Shown: piece by piece, positions 30,169-43,674 of the stretch
Layout of the letters: each line of letters starts with the position of its first letter
How positions within the stretch are numbered: position 1 is the first letter of the stretch
Assembly (NCBI GenBank): GCA_009914755.4
Contig: CP068257.2
Coordinates: forward strand, 25,280,001 to 25,344,000
Source: the human T2T-CHM13v2.0 reference genome, Homo sapiens
DNA: 64,000 nucleotides
Direction: 5' to 3'
Notes under the pieces: model-generated
Databases searched by the model: none
Told to the model about the DNA's origin: nothing
Seen by the model: only the letters and a program-made list of their open reading frames with translations
Program-made: the position numbers and the translations under genes

Positions 30169-32373
30169 TTAGAATCGAGAGCATGGTTAGCTCAGACTGA
30201 GAGCTTCACACAGCAATCCAAAAAATAGAGCACGGGAAACAAACCAGCAAGCTGCATTATCCAAGATCACACTGGCTGGAGGGGCAAGACTCTGTAATAA
30301 TACACAGATGATCAGGAAATCTTTTGTCAGGCTATCTTTCCTAAACGTTGAAGGCTTATTTTTTATAACACATGTTCATAATATTTAGGCAAAAAGTGAA
30401 ATTAAAGAATAATAAAGAGATTAGAAAATAAACTGAATGAGAACCAGATTCTTTTATGAAAGCAGAATTGAATCCATATTCCCCCACTTCCAGACCTTAA
30501 ATAGCTCAGATTAGTTCATATGTAATACAAAAGGGAAGTTAAATAGAGAGTGTTTGATTGGGCAATGAATTACAGGGACTTCTAAAGAAATAAACAAAGA
30601 TGATCCAACCAAAAATTTAAGTGCACAGAAGGGCATAATCATATATCAAAGATTTAGGTTTGAGTTTTCATACAGAAGCCCACCTTTCTCCTACGTTGTT
30701 TCCTTGTATAACTATGTCTAATATTCTTGTACTATTGAGAAAAGTTCTTACTGTGTGTGTACACACACATGTATATATTTAGTTTTAATATAACGTTTGT
30801 GCTTATCAGCATCTGGCTTCCTGCCTCTCAGACTGCTGCATCAGCCTTGTAACCCAAGATTGCCTTAGGAATTCAGGAGAGCTGGGAAAGGTGACCCTGC
30901 AGGGCTCTTCAATCCTCCCTAGTTAACTTGAGGTCAAAGCATCCCTGAAGAAGCTGCACTTATTGCCACAGTGTTTGTCTTACAGGGAAATCTCCCAGAT
31001 GCAGTCAATGTGTGAAAACCAATCACTAGAAAGGAAAGAAACTGCCCTTCCTTTAAGGAATGTGGAATCTTTCCTTTTGAAGATCAAGATTTGGAGCCCA
31101 TAATCCTGTGGATGGATGACGCCAACATTCAGCTCTGCTGCTTATTCCCCATAATTTCTCCGCTTGACCTGTGACGAATCAGCTTCTGCCTTTCCAGGGA
31201 CTTAGAACCTTTCTTATGGGACTCCTCTCACTCTGAATGATGGTGATTAATTACCAGTGTACTTTAAAAGTCTCCTCTATTTAATTACATCCTCCTGAGT
31301 ATTTGGACTAATTCCTCTTAGTTTCCGGTGCAGATCGGAATGTTGCCTTGAGCAAGTCTCATGTTTCTTTCTCCCGCTTACGCAGTCAAGCACATACATA
31401 GATATGTAATAAATATTGATTAAGGTTCTGTATTAGGCTGTGTTTTTATCAGTAAGGATTAATAGGCATAAATGAGAGACATGATCCCTACCCTGGAGCC
31501 TAAATGGCATGTGTTATAAAGACGCTTTCAGGCTGACCAGTTCTTCTAGTGCAGCTGAGAAGACAGCCATGCCTCCTCATTAGCCCACTTTATAGGGAAG
31601 AAATGGAGACTCAAAGTATCTAAATCACTTGTCTGAGATAAAACAGAGAACCCAGAGACAGAGCTGGGACTCCACTCAGATCTTTGACTACTGAAGCCAA
31701 AGATGCCTAATCAATAAAACACTGAATTATTCTCAGTGATGCTATTGGATAATTATTTACGTTTAGGTTTTATATTTGTGTTTTTCTGCTTAGGAGGTAA
31801 GAAACGTGTCAGGAACATTAATGCCATACTTAAGAACTGACATTTAACTACTGAATTCTGTTTTACTGGGGCAATATTGTGAATTATGCAATTACACTGT
31901 ACCTTGGATTAGAAGTTATTTAACTCCCCAAAGAAAACATAGCAGTTAGAAATGGATGCTTTGTGAAAATATTCTCTGCCTATTAGGAATGTAAAAAAGT
32001 AGTTTTAATTCCCATTTAAAAGTTATAATTTTAACCTTAAAAATCAAAATCTGTTTAAATCAAAATCTTTTTTGCTATAGATGGCAAAAGGTACCATAAT
32101 TATCAAACCATGCTTTGCTCCCAAAAATGTGATGCTGAGTTGATACATACATTTCAAAAGCAAATGAACTATTTAGCTAAAAAGCAAAACATAAGTACAT
32201 GTGGATATAAATAACATCTACTATCTAAACTCTACCCAATATATTCCCCAAAATAATTCCCTGAAATAGGCACTATTATCCCTATGTTTCAGATATGAAA
32301 ACTGGAGCTCAGAGAGTTTAAATAATTAGACCAGTGTGACATAGGTATAAAGTAATTTAGCAAAAATTGAGCT

Positions 32374-32456
32374 CATTTAGGACTAGATGTTGGAATTAGA
32401 CAGAAAAAAGTTAGACACAAAAAATTGTGTCTAATTCCAACATCTAGTCCTAAATG
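32374..32456. repeat. Long inverted repeat: 32-bp perfect stem (29+3 bp arm interrupted by a 15-nt bulge), 4-nt aaaa loop, intron 2
   Basis: Left arm catttaggactagatgttggaattagaca[gaaaaaagttagaca]caa. Right arm ttgtgtctaattccaacatctagtcctaaatg is its exact reverse complement once the bracketed 15-nt duplication is skipped. A nested 10-bp hairpin ttagacacaa-aaaa-ttgtgtctaa is also present. Confidence 0.9.
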
Positions 32457-33151
32457 TACTAAGCCAATTTCTCATACACCTAGTAATCTAGGTCAATAAT
32501 TAGGAAGCACATATTCTTTATTTTGGAAATATTTTTTAGCAATCAACTCAGTCCTCTATTTATAGATGTAGGATTTAGATGTGTTTCTTACAACAAACAA
32601 ATTAGGTAAGTGACATTTTAAAGCAAACCCTGTTGAGTGTCAGGCTTGGCTTCCTTTCCTTGCTATTAAGAACAAGACAGAAATATTTACCATAAGCCAT
32701 TGATGACCTTTGACAGGAGCCTACAATTATCACTGACAATGAAATAAAACATGTTAAATTTCTGTGCAAACTGATTAGCCCTGGATGAGCCAGTACTGTC
32801 TCCAGTAACTTCTAAGAAGGACATCTCTGCATACCAAAGTTGCCTGTGACAAATTTCATCCAGGGGTCATTTACGGATGCTTAAAAAGATAGTAAGAAGG
32901 CAGTAGCAGTAGCAAATTTCTCTTGAACTTTTAAAGGACACTGTCAGAAGAAAACATCCACCGTGTTGCTGACTTTGCCTTCCCTGTTGCTCGTATTAGT
33001 TAACCTTAAAAGTGCAGATATAAACAAATTTAATCCCCAGTGGTACATCTGAACCAGGAGAAATCTGGAATTAATTGCTAAGTATTTTGGTTCCTGTTGC
33101 AGCTGTTACAAGTGTTTGATTTGGTGAGGGAAAAGAAAAGGCGCTGCATAC

Positions 33152-33284
33152 CGATTTCGTGAGCCACAGTGAAGGCTGCGTGGAGGCCATCGTCTTCAAT
33201 CACAGCACAGCTGCGCTCTGGAGAACATATGGTCCCAACGTCTGCCATTCCCAGGGTGTCACATGAATGATGCCCACATAAATC
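33152..33284 (-). CDS. ADAMTS5: ADAMTS5 exon 2 (catalytic domain, 133 nt, ends inside the zinc-binding motif after HEI)
   Basis: Acceptor tttctcctgggcag|GATTTA at 33284 and donor GAAATCG|gtatgc at 33152. Encodes [44 protein letters not shown](G). Confidence 0.92.
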
Positions 33285-35744
33285 CTGCCCAGGAGAAAGA
33301 AAGAAATCATTAAAATCAATTTACATCCAGAAGGAGCCGCCACATAGAGCCACTTGCTTACCCCAAATGGCAACAGGGATATGTTTATGGTATCACCTGT
33401 TCCTCTCTGGAAACGTTCCAAAGGCAAACTCAAGGCAGAGACTCTTCTGAACTGCTCTGGGGCCCAGAAACACAGAAGGATAATGGAACTCAATTACATT
33501 TAAAAAGATGTCTTAGGATTGTAACTTGTCTATTACAATAGCACCCGCAGCTTTAACAAAGCCGTAATGCAGATACGTCTCTGATCACTTTCCCATATGG
33601 TCATGCTTAGGAAAGTCCTAAAATTCTGATGGAAATTCATGCTAAATTTATCAAAATCTGGCCTTATAATTTGTTTTCTATTACAGGGGCAAACTGCAGC
33701 CAGACGTCTGCAGCAGAGTATAAATTTATTAGAAATTTGGATAGAAAACTAAATTTTAATTCATAATTTGAGGAAAGGTCATCTTTTACTCCCCAAATGA
33801 GCTGTAATTTCATAGGTTGTGTCTTCTGAAATCTGTACCTTCTTACTCATAACATTTAATGTAGCATTTCTCAACCTGACCAATCTGCAGAAAATATATG
33901 TCATATATTAATTGTGTATACATGAATATATGCATTTTTCTGGTAAAAAGTCATAGTTTTTCATAGATGTCATGTAATCTTTTAAGAGATTCTCAAATAG
34001 GAACATGATTCCACCCCAATAATGGTGAAAAATGATCAATTTAGATGAAAGGGACCTCAACAAGCCTCTTGAGATATGAAACATAAAGAGAAAATATAAG
34101 CCGCAACTTTTTGACATGACAGATTCATAATGATAAACTTTCCCTTTAAATGCTATTTGAGTATTAATGGACATTAGCATTTCTTGTGCTTGACCACAAT
34201 TTTCCATGAAAATTTACTAACAATGTGCTCATTTATATTCCCAAAGAGCAAGATCGTGTTTCTAGTAAGCCATAAGTTAGGAACTCTAAAAGGAAAAGTT
34301 TTAAAAATATACTAATTATTGTAAAGACAACTGTTTATTGGTTAAAATAATAAATGTTTCTATTATACAACAATCATTTTTGTATGCCCAACTTCCATAT
34401 TCTCCAGCTTATATAGTAGGAACTCAGCAAACATTTGTTTCATTGAGTTGTGACCTACAGTCAGATACATTATAGTGCTCCCACATCTTTAATATGCTGT
34501 ATGCCAGCAGGACCTCAGCAGGCTCCAGACAACCAGTACAAGGCAGTGTGACTACATAACCAGTGCTACATACTCAATGGCAACATACTCTTCTAACCCT
34601 TTGCTATTTTGCTGCATAAAAATCCTACCAAGGTGAAGAGTATTTAGAAACTCAGCTGTATTCTCTTCTCTTAACTTCATTCTCAGGTCCTTATTGTGTT
34701 CTGTTTATTATGAGTTCCCAGCTGAGATAAGTTACGGTGTGGCCACCAAGTTACTGTAGCTTTAGACACTGGAAATCTCAGCCAAGTAGCCTTGGTTAAT
34801 CATGTCACAAAACCAACAGCCTTCCAAAGTTTCCTGTATATCCTCCCATGTCATCCCATGGGATGCCAAATTACAGCTGTTGAGTACAAATCAGTAGTTT
34901 TTCAAATTGAAATTGGAACACACTTTTGCATAATAATCAGTCTTTGAGATAATAATGTAGCACAATACATTTTTAAGCCCCTCCCCCACAATCATTTCAC
35001 TATCTCTAGGACCAAAAACCTAGGTCATGCCTTAAGGGAGCTGCTAGACACTCTAGGTTATATCTGCACACATTTTTTTTAAAACAAGATTTATGTTTAT
35101 ATCGCAATTTGGGGTATTTATCTTTAAATAATAAAATCCAAGAATTACATTTTCCCTTCTTACTCTATAAATAAGCTAAGATGAAGAGCCACAGCAAAGG
35201 GAAATGACCCTCCTCTTCTCGATAGAGATTAAACTAGATTCTTAATATCTCTCTGTTTACTGCTAATCAATTGCTCATTAGAGGCCATCAACCCTCCTTG
35301 TCATCCTTGAATTGGATTAAATGCATTTGGCCTTTTGCCACGGAAATGTGACAAAATTATGAACAGAAGCACTTGTTATTTTTTTAACCACACTGATTAA
35401 ACTCCTTGACTACTCAGCCACACTATATATTTCTGTAGCTATAATTATGTAAACTGGCAACCTTTCCATTTCACTCACACAATTTCAAATCTTGGCAAAC
35501 AGTTACAGTTTCAGCCTCAAGGCTTATAATGAACATCTGAATTTCTTTGTGAACAATGTTCATTTCAATGAATTAAAACTAATGTGCGTCAAATTGTTAA
35601 GAATACAGCATCTCGCATTCATGTCTACTTTCTGTTGATGATTTCTAACAACATTTATAGGTGTAAACCTTATTTGAAGTTTATAGAATACTTTCTTAAA
35701 TTCTTAAATTCTGAGCAGGAGTAAAGATATTATTGGGGCAATAG

Positions 35745-35890
35745 TATATGTGTATATGTGTATACATATATACACATTTGCTATTATATATGTGTATGTA
35801 TACACACACATATATGTGATACACGGATATGTGTGTGTGTCTATAGATAGACGGATAGATGATAGATAGATAGATAGATAGATAGATATA
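35745..35890. repeat. Compound microsatellite (TA/TG)n followed by (GATA)n with about 9 units, intron 1
   Basis: gtgtatatgtgtatacatatatacacatttgc...atatatgtgtatgtatacacacacatatatgtgatacacggatatgtgtgtgtgtctatagatagacggatagatgatagatagatagatagatagatagatata. Confidence 0.9.
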
Positions 35891-36764
35891 ATCTAGACCT
35901 GGAAGCAGGAGATACTGGAGAGATGTGAATCACATACAATACCATGTAAGAGGTAAACGAATTAAAAGTTCTGACAAAAGCTTATCTGCTTGTTCAGTGT
36001 AGATCTGAAGGTAAGTGATTATCTTTGTCATATCAAATAAGGCTTGTTTTATGCAAGATCAATATCTTATCACTACTGTGTGGACAGTAATGCAGTGGAA
36101 GATTTAGTAAAATATGAAGGTTGCAAAGGTTGCAGAGATTTATCTAGTGGTTTTGTGGTATGGTGTTGGCCAGGATACAAGACTGAGACATTGTATCTAA
36201 CTCAGAAGTGTATTCATGGTGGTCTGCACCACCAGCAGAGATTCGATAGGAAGGTCATTGACACTGTGACCATTCACCAGGTATGACCTTTTAGGAGACT
36301 ATAAATATGGCCAAGCTTGTGATTTATCACAGAATTTTGAAGCCGTAATAATACCCAAGATCTACTGGGCACTTCTTGGGGATGGGATGGGGGACAGGGA
36401 GCCAGTAAAGGATGCTGCCTTGAGAAGCAGATGCTCAGAAGATAGTGTGAACTCTGAAAATCCCAGTGGGCAGTACTGGGTGGTGAAAATGAACCAGTCA
36501 GACCCAAATGTCCTAAGGTGGACAAATCACAGGAATCATAGGATTTCTTGTCTTGACTGAGAGATTGTTTTCACATGCAGTGCAAATACGCTGAGGGAGG
36601 GAGCCAGAGGCAACACAAATGCTGACACAGGTAGATACCATCACAGCTGCAGCCACAGCAGCTGAAATTAAGGAAGAACACCTTATATCAGAGTTAAATA
36701 ATAGCAACTTCTGTTTCTATAGATCTTACCCCTTGGTAAGGGCAAGCATGGAGCTCAAGGGAAG

Positions 36765-36792
36765 AGCACATACACACACACACACAAACGCA
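36765..36792. repeat. (CA)n microsatellite, intron 1
   Basis: gcacatacacacacacacacaaacgcatgc. Confidence 0.85.
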
Positions 36793-38789
36793 TGCATATT
36801 TGTTCTGTGGATCTGATTCTTGATTCTTGAGGAGTCCTTTGCCTTTCTGGCTACCTATCCAGCAGTCCCCAATAATAGGGGTTTTAATTTTAGATTTCAG
36901 CAGAGACTACATTAATTGGAACTGTTAGGCCAACCTTTACGATGACCCATTTTATACAATCTCTATCCTTGTCTCTTGATACACCTAAGGGATACCAAAC
37001 ACACAGAGCCCAGATGGATTAGGGTCCCAGAGATCCAGACGTGTTTATTCCTAAAACAATTATTGTGTGCCTACAATCTGCCAGACACTGTGGAAGTGCT
37101 GACACTGTGGTAAATAGATGAAATAAGATCTGATCCTGAGCTTTAGGGAACATCAGGCTCTAAGGAGCAAAACAGATATGTCAAGAACAAAGCAAACTGT
37201 GACTTCCATTATGAACAGATTGTTCAGGGAGAACAGAAGAGGCATTGATGAATTCTCCTTGAGGGAATCCATAAAGGTGTCTCCACGGAAGTGAGTGGAT
37301 CTGATAGCCTGGGAGGAAGGATACTCTGGCAAGGAAGGACTAGTGGAAACATAATGGAATGGGAAAAGGCAGAGTCTTTTGGGAATGACAAGAAGTTTGT
37401 TTTGGCTGGAACACAGGATCTGTTGAGCAGAGGGCTAGCAGGGAAGCTGGAAAGAGAGTCTGGGCCCAGAGTTCCAAGTCAGGAAGCTTTCTCTGACAAA
37501 TGTGAGGTAAGAAGGGGAAGAAGAGATGGAGCAAGTTGGAGACAGGGAGCAGGGGAGTAGATGCTTGACGGAGTCATTCTGGTAAAGAGAAATGGAAGCT
37601 GGTTAGAGAGTGAATGGAAGGTAGATTGCTTTTTAATTCAATGCTGTTAGTGAGAAGCACTGTGTAAATCATTTACATGCTTTGAGACAAAGTTCCCTCA
37701 TCATTAACATCAGGAGTTTGGTCCAGGTCATCTCTAGGGTTTGTTCCAGCTACACATGTCCTGATATTAACTAAAAGCATTCCAATTTATAAAGAAATTA
37801 AAGCTCAGGGGCATTAAATGCTCCAAATCTCAAGTTTGTCCATACTGAAGCTGAAATTCAAACCTGTATCTAAACACTCAGAATCCTGAACTTACTTCAC
37901 CATGGTTTTGTTAAGTCATCACATACGTTATTCTTGACATTAATCTTATCTTTTGTATTCATAATCTACACTTGATTAAGCAAATTTCTTTCTTGCAGCA
38001 AATAAAGAATATCCTGGTTTTCTCTCTATGCTGTGTTGGAAAAACTAGATAATTTAGAGGTATACTAAATATATGAAATACACTGTGAAAGATATTCCAG
38101 AAAACAAGAAAATGGAAGCACTGGATAAGAAAACTGGTGACATCATTAACTCGCCTCCTTCTCTCACCTGTCACATCTAATTAGCCACTGTAAGTCACTG
38201 TAGTTGTCCTCTATTTCTCATTTTTTTCTACTATTATTTCCTGCCTGAATTATAACCCGAGACTTCTAACTGGTCCCTTTTCCTCCTGTAACTTCCTTAT
38301 CTATATGCTCAAGTCAGTCACCTTCTTAGAGCACAGATCTTATTAGATTCCTCCAGTCCTTCATGTCAGCCTTAGCCTGGCATTCAAAACCTGGCACACT
38401 ACAGCCTCAGTCTTTCTGTCTGCCTCCACTGTACCTTCCTGCTCCATTCTGTCCACTATTTTGTGCATATCTCATGAATATTTTGGCCTCTGAAGCTCAG
38501 CCCAAGACATTCCTTCTGCTACAAAGAATTTTTACTCACATCCACCTCTTCCTAACATTTCTTGACCCAATCTATGCCTCTCAATTCCTAATGCCACTGC
38601 TTTAGTTTAGACCACCTTGAGCCTCCTCTTGAAGATTTCTGAAACAGCCTGCTCACCCAGGATCCAGTCCACTACTTAGACCAGAAGGTTCATTTCAGAA
38701 CACACCTCTGATCATTGCTGTCTTCCTACTAATGTTCTTTTCAATGATTGCCATTGCACTTAATTTACAATTAAAACTTGTCAGCATGG

Positions 38790-39150
38790 TGGAGTAGACT
38801 GAATTGTGTCCTCTCCAAACTCATCTATTTGGAGATAGGGCCTACAAGGAGGTAAATGAGGTTAAATGAGGTCATGAGGACAGGACTCTAATCAGATAGG
38901 GTTAGTGTCCTTAGAAGAAGTGATACCCAAGAGTGTTCACTCTGTTTCTACTTGCAGGCAGTGGGAAGGCTTTGTGAGTACACAGTGAGAGGGTGGCCAT
39001 TTATAGGACAGGAAGAGAGCCCTCACTAGAAATCAAATTGGCTGGAGCCTTGGTCTTGGACTTTCTGGACTCCAGAACTGTGAGAAGACATACTTCGGTG
39101 GTTAAATCCACCCATTGTACAATATTCTGTTACGGTGGCCTGAGCAGACT
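38790..39150. repeat. Probable ancient mammalian interspersed repeat of unresolved family, intron 1
   Basis: Contains ggtaaatgaggttaaatgaggtcatgaggacaggactctaatcagatagggttagtgtccttagaagaag...tggtcttggactttctggactccagaactgtgagaag...ggttaaatccacccattgtacaatattctgttacggtggcctgagcagactag. I recognise these as motifs of a very common human repeat but cannot name the family with confidence. Confidence 0.4.
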
Positions 39151-42048
39151 AGCAGACATAGTGTATAGTTTTGTTTTTCCATAGTTGGGTTGTTATTATC
39201 TTCTCCAAACTAATCTATTACCATTTCCCATTGAACATGATGGTTTGCTGATGTCTGCAATGCCTATCTCCTCCTTACGTATCTGGCTAACTCCCACTCT
39301 TTCTTCAAAATTGAACTCAGATGGAGTGAGCAATCTTCTAATGCACTTCCATAATACCTTACAAATACATCTACTGTAAGAGCCATCATGCTGTGCAGCA
39401 ATGACCATTTCCCTGTCTGTTTCCAGGAATAGATTCTTAAGAAAGGGGCTACTTTTTAAATCTCTGAATCCCTCCTTGCCTACGAGGAGCATATTAAAGG
39501 TTTGAATAAATTAGTGATAATGCTTTTAGTTTAGAGAGCACTAGACAGGACTGTCTTCTCTGTCTGCCATTTGTTAGCTGTTAGTCTAAGAAGTTTATCT
39601 TTGTTTCTCTTCACATGAATTCTGTCAAGATAATTACACAATGGTTACAGATTGTTGAAATGATTAATTGTAAAATAGTTTGTGGCCATGGATAGTACAT
39701 AAGAAATGCTCAATAGCAGCTGGCTGAATCTAAATCCAATCTATCCATCCTTTGAGGACCAATTCAATTCTACATTTGCAATGAGACCTACAGAAAGGTC
39801 CATAGGCAGAATTAACTGTTACCTTCCTTTTCCTTTCACAGACTTTGTTTATATCTCAGTATGGGATTTATCAGAGTTTTCCTAACAGTAGTGTGATTTC
39901 CACGTGTATCTGTTTCCACTCTGCTGGGGATACGCCTAGTGGGCAGGGAGCAGGTATTTCTACCTCGCTGCCTTAAACTGCCTACATGAGTCTCACACAT
40001 AGGAGGTGCATGTAGGCAGATACTGCACAGATTTTAGATTTTTCATAATATCCCTCACAGTTTATTGTAAAAATGTTAATTAGAGCTGCTTAGTCTGCTA
40101 CCAGTCTCCCCACTTCTGAGTTATTTATCCTTTTATTGATTAGGATTGACCTATAGGCTCTGATTCCTTGACAAGGGTTCACTTTTGACTTTAAATGAGA
40201 TTTCAGCTCAAATATGTGACTGAATTAGTCCAGGCAGCAAGCCAATAAGAAAAAGCCCATCCCTCTCCCTCTTCCAAACTTCTGGTCTTCCTCTACTGCC
40301 CCCTGTTGTCAGAATCAAGCCAGGAGCCACGTGGTAAAGGAGAAATGCCGTGTGGGGAGACCCGGTCCCAGCAATCTAAGGCAGAATGTACAGAGTTTTA
40401 GCTGAGACAGTGATCTATCAACTGGCATATTGATAGTTAATGAAAGGGAATTATCTTTTTATATTGCACAATCTCTTAGTTGGTTCGATTTTAATTCAGT
40501 GTTTCAATCTATGAAAGAGTAAGGTTTTTGCTGCTTTCATGAAGGGGTGGAGGGATATTAAACAATTTCCTATTTTGTTATCAAGCAGGTAGGCTTTTGT
40601 TTCTAAAGAGCAAATGGTCTAAAAAAAACGACTGTAAGAGTTTGTCTTTGAAGAAATTATCTTGAAATAAAAGAGGACGTCCAGAACAAGGAAAGGATTC
40701 TGGAAAGCAAAGCTAAATCCTGGGGAGATTGGATTTCTACTGTTTGATGGCAGAAGTGGTGTGAATTCCAGCATTAGTGCCATTTCAGAATGAAAACAGC
40801 TTTTATGCCAGGAAATTGACTGGTGCTAACTCTCTCTAATTAGAATAGTACTGGAGTGCTGGGTACAGTCCTGACAGTGAAGTGTGATCGTTTGATAAAT
40901 GAGTTACTAGCTCTATTCTGCTGACTTCCAGATGCAACTTTCAAGGTGGCCTCAGCTAGTAAACAGAGGTAGAAAACATATCCTCGTACATTCGCTTCAT
41001 GCCTAAAAAACAAGCAATTTAGGAGAAGACATCTGGACCTAAATTTGAGCAGGACTCAGAGCCCATCAAAACATGGATTTCATAGCTTGGCGTCTGGCTG
41101 CTAAGCAACGCACTTCTTACATTCAAAACAGAGTTGTAAAAGTAGAATCTTGGTGCCAACTCTGGGTATTTCTCATTGAAAAGGAAATAGCTCTGAAAGC
41201 TTTTCTTTGGGCCTTAAGATAATCTGATTTTCATGAGATGGAAGACCTCAGATCATCTCTCCTCCAGACTTCTTTTTTTTTTTCATGCTCTGAAGTATTA
41301 GGCAAAGTTCACTTTGCATTGTGAAATACTCTCAAATGAATGCTGCATAAATGCCTTGAAATTTTTTTCAACCCCCTAATTAGTAACACTCTTTTAAATT
41401 GGGCGCATCTATTGAAAATACACATGCATTTCAAATATTTGCTTCTTGTGAAGTTAGATGTGTATACTACAGGGCCAACCACAAATGAAATTTGTTTTCC
41501 TAAAAGTATGCTTCTGCTTGGCAAGGAGACCAGAGAGGGCCCATGTGAAATATCTTCCATGTGTAGACTAGTTTGAAAAATGCATGTCCTTATAATACTG
41601 ACAAAAATTAAGATGGACCATTAATTTATTTGTCCCTTGCTTTGTATCTATTTAAAATATGCTGTTAAGTTTCAGACTTTGGAAAAATAGGGACAGTTAA
41701 CTATCCAAACAAAAAACAAATTCGGAAAAAGTAATCGACAAATCATTGAGAATCACTGAGTAGTTTCCTGTTTTCTGGGAAACAATTAGGAATGTTATGG
41801 GGCAGGAGGTAGGAAGTAACAGACCTTCTATTAATTTTTATTTATTTTAAAATTATGAAATGTGGATTTGTGTTTAAAAATGAAAGTGAACTACTAAAAT
41901 GACCCACTCCTTGGCGCAGTATGCTTACAAAAGTATTTCTTCCTCTTCCTTTAGAGAACCTCCTTCCATAAACTCTCCAAAGCCTCCTTCTTGGCATCCT
42001 CTTGTGATGTAGCAGAGCAAGGAACCCCAGACACGGAAAGTTGCTTAC

Positions 42049-42074
42049 CAAAAAAAAAAAAAAAAAAAAAAAAA
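42049..42074. repeat. A26 homopolymer, intron 1
   Basis: ttgcttacc(a)26gagcttgg. Possibly the tail of a retroposed fragment whose body I cannot classify. Confidence 0.9.
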
Positions 42075-43674
42075 GAGCTTGGAAACCTAACAAGAAATGG
42101 ATAGTTTTACAGAACTTCATTTTGCAGAGAAGGCTACAAATGAATGTTCTACCGCTTCAAAGACTAATGTTGTGCAGAGGAATTAAAGGATGGCTTCCAG
42201 AAAATCACTTAATGAGGAAAAAAATGTTTTCCATTGTGCACAGCACTGCGCGCTGCTTGGCTCTCCCTAAACTGCCGCCCTCCAGCATCTTTGTTTACAT
42301 GTGGTTTACATTAATGTCCACCCTATGAACCACAAGTGTTTCTCTACTCCAAATTTATCAACACTTTTCCTTCATACCAGGGGTGCCTTAGTAAAAATAG
42401 AAGAATTAGGTAGCGAAGCTGTGTGATTCTAAAGTCTGCAATCCATCATTTAATTTCCTATCCTTGTTCTGTTTGCTTCATTTCATACCATGATTTTACA
42501 TAATACTTCAAAGTTTGTAATCCTTAATCTATTCTGGATGGGTCTCAAATACTTAAAGAATGAGCTTTAGAAGTCAATTCTTACCAGGCATTTAAGAGGC
42601 ACAACTTAAAACTGCCAATCAGAGTCGAGTTGTGACAACTGAGGCTTAGAACTATGCGCAAGCCAGGCCCCAAACCAACCCAGACTTTTTGTGTAAATGT
42701 CACACTAACGTAGTGGTCAAATACTGTGTAAATAGATACTGCGTTCCTCCCTGAGCCTCTGAGCCTTAAAGATCCATTTCTTTGCTTCCCCATAACCATC
42801 TTTCTTAAAAGGGGGAAATGCTGGGAAAACATTTCTTCCTTCTGTCTTGACTCTTCGCCCAGATCTTCTGCACTGGGGCTTCGGAAACATATTCATCCAA
42901 AACCCAAACACGCAAACGGGATGTGACCCTCCCTAGGCGGCGGAGTTGGCCTGGGCAGTGCTTGCGACGCACTGGTCGACTAAGCAAAGGAGTTGTTAAG
43001 GAACCTCACAAGTTTGTCCTCTCATCTGATTGGGTCTCTGTACCCTGCTGGCCCGCCCACATTCCTTCCTTCCCAGGAACTGAGATTCCAAGGTGGACAT
43101 GTAAGAACTCCATTAGGAATCCAACCTGGAAAAAGAGTCCTTGAGAAAGTTTTCTCATCCTCTGTGTAACAGAAGGGGTTCTAGTAAAAAGGTGTGGACA
43201 CTTACAAAAGAAGGTCATCGGATAACAGTGAGTACCGTGAGTGAACCATCCAGCCCTTTCCATTAGGTGGGACAAGGTTATATTTTATTTTCACTGGAAA
43301 GAAGAAGACCCATGATCCCAAAGGCAACTTTGTTTTCCTTCCTTTTCCCCATTTAACTGTATCATTTCCCCAAGCATCCTTGTGCCTTCTTATGTTTACG
43401 TTCCTATGCCACAACACCTCAGACTAGATGACATGCAGCACTACTGGGTCTTCATCATCACCTAAGCAAGTCTTGGCATTTAAGGCAAAAATTTCTGCGG
43501 GGCTAACGTGAATACAGGAGCAGAGTTGAAGGCTGGTTGGATTTCCTGCAAGAAGCAGTTAAACACATCCACAGCTGCAGGAGGTTTGAGGGAGAAGCAA
43601 AGCCACCAGCAAGATTCCCTTCTACCTACCTCCTGATATCAGCGCTGGGACCCCCGCATCCCGGCTGGACCTAC

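Noticed and set aside
43639-43674. Twelve extra codons (VGPAGMRGSQR) appended to exon 1 by the ORF track.
   Set aside because: The frame runs through a perfect donor CGGGAG|gtaggt and matches nothing downstream in the ADAMTS family. The true exon ends at 43675.
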